Assembly (NCBI GenBank): GCA_963601795.1
Contig: CAVCGK010000002.1
Coordinates: 90,788 to 154,787 of the forward strand
DNA: 64,000 nucleotides
Reading direction: 5' to 3'
Origin: a bacterium
GTDB lineage: Bacteria; Bacteroidota; Bacteroidia; Bacteroidales; Bacteroidaceae
Shown here: piece after piece, positions 18,491 to 26,299 of the stretch
How positions within the stretch are numbered: the stretch's first letter is position 1
How the letters are laid out: every line of letters starts with the position of its first letter
Program-made: the position numbers and the translations under genes
Notes under the pieces: generated by a model
The model's input: only the letters and a program-made list of their open reading frames with translations
What the model was told of the DNA's origin: nothing
Database searches by the model: none

Positions 18491-19747
18491 ATGATGAAAC
18501 ACAATCACCTGCTTGCCGGCATAGCTTGGCTGATGTTGATGGCAGCCTGTTCGGAAAACAACGACGTGGGCAACACATCGCAAATAGTGCTCTATGACAA
18601 TGACTTCAACATTGGCAGCGCCGTAATATGGCAGGGCAACCCTTACACTATAGCCAACACTCAACCCTACATATGGCAGGATACTTACATCAATAGCCAG
18701 GGCGTGACAGTGACCGACAATGTGGAGGGCTTTACCGTCAGCGACAACACCACACAATTAGGAAACTACACCATATCGCTCTATGAAAACGGACTCACCT
18801 ATAGTCCCGAACTAGCTTCAGCCAAGGGCAAGGGTGCTTTGGTGAGCATACAACTCTGTTCGGCTGACGTAAACAGCATAAAGGAAGGCACCTACACTTA
18901 TAGTGAAACTACCGAAGAAAACACATTCAAGGCTTATTGCTCTTCTGAATATCAGTCACAGAAAACCATCAAACCAGCTGCCATAACTGAAGGCAATGTG
19001 AATATTGCAAAAAGTGGTGACAACTATAACGTGACCATAAGTGGCAAGACATCCTTCGGTGGCAGTGTGGAGGCACACTATGATGGACCACTCGAGGTGT
19101 GCAAGGTGCCACAGCAGACATCGCTCGAATATAGCGACGTGAGCATGGCGGGAATGATAGACTCGGTAAAAATAGATGTCTACTATGGCGACGTGCTCCT
19201 CGGTTCTGCCACCGAACTCGACAACGGCAACCCTGAATATCCTGACTTCGGCACAGGACTGTCATTCTTCTCTCTCACATCTGGCATAACACAGACGGCT
19301 TCTGCCACAAAGAAGGAGCAGGCTGACATCGCCCTCTACTGGGACGAAACAAACAGTTGCTTCCGTTTCCAGTCGCCTATAACAATGCGCGCACATCTCA
19401 ATCATCAGGCAGAATACCTCTTCCCATGCCACACGATATACATGAAAGCTCCCGCTTCGTTTACCGACACTGACTTCGAAAATCTCGATGCCACAGCATT
19501 CAACACCAACATAGAGGAATCCGACGTAGAGATTCCTGTCACGACAAGCGAGGACTTCGAGACAAGTTATGTATTCTTCGAGACTGGCCACGGAGTGAAG
19601 GGCGTGATGCGTCTGAAGCAATACACTCCGCGCAGCGAAGGGTCGTATGACTACTATGGCGTGATGACATACAAATATGAGATTGGACCGAAACTCCTCA
19701 TGGACATAAAGTGTCCTGCCATAGTGTCTAATCCGCAGATAAGATAA
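18491..19747 (+). CDS. Hypothetical lipoprotein
   Basis: Lipobox LMAAC; 418 aa, beta-rich; directly upstream of susC. Confidence 0.8.
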   Translation: MMKHNHLLAGIAWLMLMAACSENNDVGNTSQIVLYDNDFNIGSAVIWQGNPYTIANTQPYIWQDTYINSQGVTVTDNVEGFTVSDNTTQLGNYTISLYENGLTYSPELASAKGKGALVSIQLCSADVNSIKEGTYTYSETTEENTFKAYCSSEYQSQKTIKPAAITEGNVNIAKSGDNYNVTISGKTSFGGSVEAHYDGPLEVCKVPQQTSLEYSDVSMAGMIDSVKIDVYYGDVLLGSATELDNGNPEYPDFGTGLSFFSLTSGITQTASATKKEQADIALYWDETNSCFRFQSPITMRAHLNHQAEYLFPCHTIYMKAPASFTDTDFENLDATAFNTNIEESDVEIPVTTSEDFETSYVFFETGHGVKGVMRLKQYTPRSEGSYDYYGVMTYKYEIGPKLLMDIKCPAIVSNPQIR

Positions 19748-19789
19748 GTGACTCTCCTTTACATTATATAATATATATAAGACATAAAC

Positions 19790-22700
19790 ATGAACAACAA
19801 GTTCTATAAACATATATGCCTCACGCTACGGCTCTCTGCCTTGGCAATACTCGCCACTGCCGCCTCTCCTGCCTTGGCTACCGACATTACGGAGACCAGC
19901 ATGCAGCAGCAACAGCAGCAAACGCAGACTCTGCGAGGCATCGTGGTGGACGACAACAAGGAGACTCTGCCAGGCGTGACTGTATCGCTAAAGGGATCTA
20001 CAAAGAAGGTCATGACCGACGTTAACGGAGCCTTCTCCATGACAATCCCCAACGGACAGAAGGTGGCAACTCTGGTGTTTTCATATATCGGCATGAAGAC
20101 TCAGACGGTGCGTGTGACTGACATAACGAAAGTGATGCACGTGACGATGCAAGAGGATGCCAACACCATCAACGAGGTGGTGATAACGGGTATGGAGGTT
20201 ATCAACAAGGACCACATGACGGGTAGTGCATCCGTCATCACAGCCAAAGACCTGAAGATGCAGGGCATCACATCTATAGACCGCATCCTCGACGGTCGCG
20301 TGGCAGGACTCAACTCTACCACCATCTCGGGAGCACCGGGCACACGTGCACAGATTACCATCCGTGGTGAGAACAACCTCAGTGGAAATACCGAACCGCT
20401 ATGGATTGTCGACGGACTGCCCATGACATCGGGTGTGCCTACAAGTTCCACTGGTGACTATGCTGGCACTATCATGCAGGACGGTGTGGGCAACATCATG
20501 CCTGATGACATTGAGTCGATAAGCATTCTTAAGGATGCTTCGGCTGCCGCCATCTATGGAGCGAGAGCTGCCAACGGTGTGATTGTCATCACCACGAAGA
20601 AGGGATTCAGGTCGAAGACCCAGGTGAGCTACAGTGGCACATACAACTGCTCCATAGCTCCGCAAAACAACCTCAACTTCATGAACTCTGCCGAGAAACT
20701 GCAGTATGAGCGGTCTATTGTCGACAACTATGGTCTTAACTATGCATATGTCACTGGTCGCGGAGGATATACCTACAAGAGAAGTGTCGACGGATATATC
20801 ACTCCCACGGAATATCAACAAGAATTGGAGCGACTGGCGGGCATAAACACCAACTGGTTTGATGTGCTCTTCCGCACAGCTCACTCACAGTCACACAACG
20901 TGAATCTCCGAGGCGGTTCGGAGGAACTCACCTACTACACGTCAATAAGTCTGCAGGATCAGAGCGGTATCCTCATGTCAAACCATTACCAGAACTCTGG
21001 ACTGCTCATGAAACTCGACTACCGTCCGATAAAGGGTCTCATCATTGCAGTAAACCTCTCTGCCAATGCGCGCAAGAATCGCGACAACGCTTCTGCCATA
21101 GACCCGTTCACATATGCCATGTTTGCCAACCCCTACGAGCGTCCTTATAATGACGACGGATCTTATGCCGCAGACTTGAGCTATCTGAGCAACAACTATA
21201 CCAACGAGCGTGCCTCGGGATATGTCTATGAGAAATTCAACATCGTGCGCGAAATGCAGGACACTCGCAAGACTACCGACGGTTCGGACGTGGAGTTCAC
21301 TCTCAATGCTCGTTATGAGATTATCCCCGGACTATCAGTAGAGTCCATCTTCCGCAAGGGTATGTCTTACAACACCACCACCACGGAGATTGATGCAGGC
21401 ACATACACGTCGTGGGCTAATGAGCAGTTTGCCAAGACAGCTTATTCCAACTATAGCATCATGCCCGACCAATATGACAACGGCCAGTTGTCGGAAGGAT
21501 CGGGAAAGAACCACTACTGGACAATAAGAAACCAGATAGACTACTCTTTCAACATCAAGGAAGCTCACCTCTTCTCATTCCTCGTGGCAAGTGAGGCTAT
21601 GTCGAAGAAATACACCAACTTCAGCTATACATCACCTATTTATTATAAGGACTTCCGCATCACTGGTGTGCCGGCATTCGACATCCCTGTGTCCTACGAG
21701 ACTATGCGCACAGTGATAGGCAACATGTTCTCCACCAACGACGGACAAGACCGCAGCGTGTCGTTTCTCGGCACCATGCGCTATGGTTTCAAAGACCGCT
21801 ATATATTCAGCTTCAACTATCGTGCCGACGGTGCCGATGTGATAGGCGACGGCAACCGCTTCACTCCTCTGTGGTCGGCAGGTCTGAGATATAACCTGCA
21901 CAAGGAGAAATGGTTTAAGAATCCTGTGGTGAGCGAACTCGCAATCCGTGGCAGCTACGGATTCACGGGCAACATAGACCGCACAGCATATCCGTTCTCC
22001 ACCATCTCCTACGGTTCGCAGATGTATAACGGCAACCGCTTCGCCACGAGTTTCACCTATCCCAATCCTACAGTGAAATGGGAGAAGAAGCGTGACATCA
22101 ACCTCGGTCTTGACATGACATTGTGGAAGAATCGCGTCAATTTGACCGTAGACTACTACTCCACTCGCACTGACGATGTGCTGGAGACGCTTCAGGTGCC
22201 AGCCTCAACAGGACGCACAGAGGTGACAGCCAATGGTGGCGTGGTGACCAACAAGGGTATAGAGTTCTATCTCAACGTGAAGTGGATAAACACTCGCGAC
22301 CTGACATTCTCTACATCCTTCAATATGTCGCGCAACAAGAATGTCATCGTGAAGTCGCATTATTCTTACTCTTCTTATCAGGATGCCATCAAGTCGAATG
22401 TGACAAAGGGAGGATCGCTCAACATCATCGGCGAGGAGACTGGCGGCATCTACGGATGGAAGTTTGCTGGTGTGAACCCCGAGACGGGAAACCCTCAATA
22501 CTATCTCACAGAAGAGGGCAAGCGCGCCTATGGTCAATTCCTCGAGCAGAACTCCAACAATGTGGCACGCTACCAATATTATTTCGATGCTGCCAAGGAC
22601 GGCATTCCCGACAAGATAGACTATATTCGCGGTTCTAACACCAACCCGTCGTTCTTCATGCCTTCCATGCAATATCTTGGACGCTCTAACCCAAAGATAG

Positions 22701-23221
22701 TGGGAGGTTTCGGCACTTACTTCAACTACAAGGGACTGGAGATTTCCACCAACTGGACATTCAAGGCAGGACATCTTGTGCCTAACTTCAATGACTATCA
22801 GAATGCACCAAAGAACCTCGCCACATTCAACTCACAGCAGGCTTCGCTCGGATATTCGTCCGACCTTGCCGTGTCGGGCACCAACCGCGAGAGGAAATAT
22901 CTCTACTACTGGCAGTTTGCCGGCGACATAACAGATGTGCCTCGTTTCACTACATCGAATACAGACTACTGGACATCTATCGTGACATCCAACAAGTATT
23001 CCAAAGGCGACTACCTGCGCATGACCAATGTGTCTGTAAGCTATCGTCTGCCAGCACATATCCTGCGCAAGATGTGGGGAATGAACAACTTCACCATAGG
23101 TGTCAACGCACGAAACCTGCTGACGTTTACTAAATACAGAGGTCTCGACGTGGGTTCGGGTTCGGCATTCTCCTATCCTGTGGCACGCGAGTTTAACGTG
23201 AAACTCACCGTGGGATTCTAA
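19790..23221 (+). CDS. susC: SusC/RagA TonB-dependent transporter
   Basis: LKDASAAAIYGARAANGVIVITTKKG; YPVAREFNVKLTVGF C-terminus. Confidence 0.96.
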   Translation: MNNKFYKHICLTLRLSALAILATAASPALATDITETSMQQQQQQTQTLRGIVVDDNKETLPGVTVSLKGSTKKVMTDVNGAFSMTIPNGQKVATLVFSYIGMKTQTVRVTDITKVMHVTMQEDANTINEVVITGMEVINKDHMTGSASVITAKDLKMQGITSIDRILDGRVAGLNSTTISGAPGTRAQITIRGENNLSGNTEPLWIVDGLPMTSGVPTSSTGDYAGTIMQDGVGNIMPDDIESISILKDASAAAIYGARAANGVIVITTKKGFRSKTQVSYSGTYNCSIAPQNNLNFMNSAEKLQYERSIVDNYGLNYAYVTGRGGYTYKRSVDGYITPTEYQQELERLAGINTNWFDVLFRTAHSQSHNVNLRGGSEELTYYTSISLQDQSGILMSNHYQNSGLLMKLDYRPIKGLIIAVNLSANARKNRDNASAIDPFTYAMFANPYERPYNDDGSYAADLSYLSNNYTNERASGYVYEKFNIVREMQDTRKTTDGSDVEFTLNARYEIIPGLSVESIFRKGMSYNTTTTEIDAGTYTSWANEQFAKTAYSNYSIMPDQYDNGQLSEGSGKNHYWTIRNQIDYSFNIKEAHLFSFLVASEAMSKKYTNFSYTSPIYYKDFRITGVPAFDIPVSYETMRTVIGNMFSTNDGQDRSVSFLGTMRYGFKDRYIFSFNYRADGADVIGDGNRFTPLWSAGLRYNLHKEKWFKNPVVSELAIRGSYGFTGNIDRTAYPFSTISYGSQMYNGNRFATSFTYPNPTVKWEKKRDINLGLDMTLWKNRVNLTVDYYSTRTDDVLETLQVPASTGRTEVTANGGVVTNKGIEFYLNVKWINTRDLTFSTSFNMSRNKNVIVKSHYSYSSYQDAIKSNVTKGGSLNIIGEETGGIYGWKFAGVNPETGNPQYYLTEEGKRAYGQFLEQNSNNVARYQYYFDAAKDGIPDKIDYIRGSNTNPSFFMPSMQYLGRSNPKIVGGFGTYFNYKGLEISTNWTFKAGHLVPNFNDYQNAPKNLATFNSQQASLGYSSDLAVSGTNRERKYLYYWQFAGDITDVPRFTTSNTDYWTSIVTSNKYSKGDYLRMTNVSVSYRLPAHILRKMWGMNNFTIGVNARNLLTFTKYRGLDVGSGSAFSYPVAREFNVKLTVGF

Positions 23222-23232
23222 CACCATAACAA

Positions 23233-24753
23233 ATGAAGCAAATGATGAAAGACATGAGATACATAAAATATATCGTAGCTCTGGTGCTATGCATACAGAT
23301 GTCGTCATGCAACGAGTTTCTCACTCTCACGCCTCACGACACTAAGGTGGTGAGCAGCGTGGAGGACTATCGTGACATTCTGGCAAGCTACATGCGCTAT
23401 CTGAAGACTCCCACCATGCCTTCGCAGGATGTGGTCATGGGCGTAGGACTGACCACACTGCCTTTCTATAGCAGCGAGGTGGACGGTTCGTTGTCAATAT
23501 ACACTGGCGAGTCAAACCTCACCACAGAGTCGGCATACTATTATGACCGCACCAACAACGTGTATACGCAGACGGGCAAAAACTCTCTGACATGGCTCAA
23601 CACTAATGTCTCGGCATGGAACAACATATACAGTTTCCTCGGACCTATCAACCTCATAATAAACGGCATAACAACGGCTGACGGCACTGACGAGAATCTG
23701 CGCAACCGTGTGCTGGGCGAAGCTTTGACATGGCGTGCATATGCCTTCTACAAACTCTTGCAACTCTATTCGCCGATGAAGAACAACACGTTGGGCATAC
23801 CAGTCTATCTCACTCCCGAAAAGGGCATCGGTGAGGCTATGCCTGAACGCAAGACACAGGCAGAGGTCTTTAAACAGATATTCAGCGACATCAACCAAGC
23901 TCTCGACTTGCTCACAAAGACCACCAGCAATGACTGGAACTATGCGTGGAGTGCCGACTTCCTGCATGCCATGATGGCTGACGTCTATGCATGGAAAGCT
24001 TGCTCGGGAGCAGCAGAAGACACCGACTGGCAGAATGCCGAACAGGAAGCCACCACAGCGATGCGCGGACGCAATCTGATTTCATCGGCAGACATGCTGA
24101 AGAGCATCTTCGACTGTTCAGACAATGCTTACAGTAAGGAGTTGAAGAATGACGAATTCTTCATACGCATCGTAGATGGTCGCTACACCTACATCTGCGA
24201 CTTTAAGTATGCATACTATGAGGACGGAGAGGTTGCCGACGGACTTGTAAACACCAAGAACTTCCGCAAGTTTGCCGACAACGACATACGCAAGAAGGCA
24301 TGGTTTTCTGCCGACGGCACTCACAATGACAAATACAATCTCATCGGTTCTGACATGTCGCAAGGATGCCTGATGCCGTTCCGTCTTGCCGACATGTATC
24401 TGATAAAGGCTGAGGCTTTGGCGCGTCAGGGCAAGACAAGCGAGAGCAAGACTATACTGGATGAGTTTCGCAGTCATCGCTACACTGGCAACCTGCCCGA
24501 TATAGGCACAGACCAAAACTCACTCGTCAATGCCATACACGACGAAAGGTTCCTTGAGTTCTATATGGAGGGCGACAAGGTGTGGCTCGACATGAAGCGC
24601 TTCGGCGACACTCTGGAGCGCACCATAGCCGGAGAGAAAAACAACCTCACGTCAGACGACTTCCGCTACTGCTTCCCTATCCCTGCCACAGAGATGGAGT
24701 CAAACAAGAAGATGGAGCAGAATCCAGGTTGGGAGAGTGTGATCGTGTATTAA
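23233..24753 (+). CDS. susD: SusD/RagB family lipoprotein
   Basis: Lipobox MSSC; FRLADMYLIKAEA, ERFLEFYMEG..WLDMKR, PIP..E...N....QNPGW. Confidence 0.93.
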   Translation: MKQMMKDMRYIKYIVALVLCIQMSSCNEFLTLTPHDTKVVSSVEDYRDILASYMRYLKTPTMPSQDVVMGVGLTTLPFYSSEVDGSLSIYTGESNLTTESAYYYDRTNNVYTQTGKNSLTWLNTNVSAWNNIYSFLGPINLIINGITTADGTDENLRNRVLGEALTWRAYAFYKLLQLYSPMKNNTLGIPVYLTPEKGIGEAMPERKTQAEVFKQIFSDINQALDLLTKTTSNDWNYAWSADFLHAMMADVYAWKACSGAAEDTDWQNAEQEATTAMRGRNLISSADMLKSIFDCSDNAYSKELKNDEFFIRIVDGRYTYICDFKYAYYEDGEVADGLVNTKNFRKFADNDIRKKAWFSADGTHNDKYNLIGSDMSQGCLMPFRLADMYLIKAEALARQGKTSESKTILDEFRSHRYTGNLPDIGTDQNSLVNAIHDERFLEFYMEGDKVWLDMKRFGDTLERTIAGEKNNLTSDDFRYCFPIPATEMESNKKMEQNPGWESVIVY

Positions 24754-24777
24754 TGACAAGTAGACATATTAAGGAAT

Positions 24778-26067
24778 ATGAAATATATGAAAACCAAAAT
24801 ATTGAGCATATGCTTCATCGCATCGGCAGTATTGCTCGCGGCATGTACTCCCGATGACGAGGTGTTTCATGACAACAGCCATGTAGACCCTGCCATCGTC
24901 GACTCTGTGTCAATACGTCCTAACCAGAAATATCTCATCGCCGACGGTAATGCACAGATAGAACTGCAACCTACGGTCTACACCACAAGTGGCACTCAGG
25001 TGCCAGACACGCGTGTGGACGACGACTGGATAGAATACTCTACCGACACGCCAGGAGTGACGGCAGGACGCACCATATCTGTCAACAACGCTTCGCTCGC
25101 CGGAACTACCATTACGGTGAGGGCAAAGATAAAGCGCACAGGCAAGACATCCGAACCAGTGACATTCACCGTCATTGCTTCCAAGAAGGAGCAATATGCT
25201 GACGTACGCACCATCCCTGTAATCTTCCACGTGCTACAGACCAAGGACGACATCGACAACTATGGCGGCGAATTCAAACTGGAGCGCATAGAGATGCAGT
25301 TGAAGCGCATCAACAACATGCTTAGCGGTGCCATATCGCAGAATCCTGTGGGAGTGAATAGCAACATCCAACTGGTGATGGCTACCTACGACCAATATGG
25401 CAACCGACTGGTGGAACCTGGTGTTGAGCGCACGACAATTTCTGATGGAGCATTCCAAAAGAAGGACGGAAGCGACATAGACTCTCTGCTGGTAGCCGAG
25501 CGATTGCTATGGCCTGCCGACAAATACCTTAACATCTGGCTCATCAGCGACCGCAAGGGAGTGGTGAGCGACTTTGCCAACGATGTCACGGCGAAGTGTG
25601 CTCCGACATATGTCAACGCAGACGCCACTGATATGCCCAAGGGAGTGAAACTCACGACTTATGCTGACGAAACTCTCACACCGTCGCAGGCAGGAATAAT
25701 CTATAAGCTATCGCAACTTGATGTCACCGAACGCAGTTTCTATGTGTCAAACAACAATAAGAAGCAGGGATATAATGAACTGGGCTATTACTTAGGGCTT
25801 TTCTACGGTCTGCTTCCCACTTGCAACTACCGCGACACGAAGGCAACGACCGACTATTGCGACGACACCATGGACTATGCCTCTACATCTACGGGAGGCA
25901 ATCAGGACTGGTATAAGACCATGGACGGCTGTTATTTCCGTGCAGAGAACATCATGGACGACCCTCGTGGCGTGCATTGTTCGGTGTCGCAAGACCAAGC
26001 CATCCGCATGCGCTGGTTTATGGATAACTGCCCTGGCAGAATGCAATGGAAATCAAGTAATAATTAG
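24778..26067 (+). CDS. M43/pappalysin-like metalloproteinase-family lipoprotein with degenerate zinc motif (probable pseudoprotease)
   Basis: Lipobox LAAC; IPVIFHV, WPADKYLNIW, DYCDDT, NIMD Met-turn present; HExxHxxGxxH replaced by NELGYYLGLFYGLLP. Confidence 0.7.
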   Translation: MKYMKTKILSICFIASAVLLAACTPDDEVFHDNSHVDPAIVDSVSIRPNQKYLIADGNAQIELQPTVYTTSGTQVPDTRVDDDWIEYSTDTPGVTAGRTISVNNASLAGTTITVRAKIKRTGKTSEPVTFTVIASKKEQYADVRTIPVIFHVLQTKDDIDNYGGEFKLERIEMQLKRINNMLSGAISQNPVGVNSNIQLVMATYDQYGNRLVEPGVERTTISDGAFQKKDGSDIDSLLVAERLLWPADKYLNIWLISDRKGVVSDFANDVTAKCAPTYVNADATDMPKGVKLTTYADETLTPSQAGIIYKLSQLDVTERSFYVSNNNKKQGYNELGYYLGLFYGLLPTCNYRDTKATTDYCDDTMDYASTSTGGNQDWYKTMDGCYFRAENIMDDPRGVHCSVSQDQAIRMRWFMDNCPGRMQWKSSNN

Positions 26068-26113
26068 TATTTGTAATAAACCAGCTCACTTGTTGTAAGA
26101 ATATACCCGCGTG

Positions 26114-26205
26114 GATGTTTTGGCATATGTCACAAACTTGTGTGACAATTGTCATAAACCTTTTTGACATATGTCGCAAAGGTTTGTGACATATGTCAAA
26201 ACATC
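26114..26205. repeat. Four 12-bp palindromes (consensus TGACATATGTCA) at exact 22-bp period, within an overall inverted repeat
   Basis: Units start at 26121, 26143, 26165, 26187; outer arms GATGTTTTG / CAAAACATC. Confidence 0.85.
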
Positions 26206-26257
26206 GATGCACGTAACAGTTTACAACGAGCCATCCTTTTCCTTACAATAGTATTCA

Positions 26258-26283
26258 TAGTAGTTGACGTGTCCTCACTGCAC
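26258..26283 (+). repeat. REP-like element, subtype B (arms only partly complementary)
   Basis: TAGTA-GTTGACGTG-TCCT-CACTGCAC. Confidence 0.7.
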
Positions 26284-26299
26284 ATAATTCTAATAATTA

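Noticed and set aside
19904..19921. Poly-Gln run in SusC N-terminus as a phase-variable repeat
   Set aside because: Short, mixed CAG/CAA triplets; slippage would not shift the frame
26114..26205. Possible mini-CRISPR array
   Set aside because: Repeats of 12 bp and spacers of 10 bp are far too short, the spacers resemble each other, and there are no cas genes
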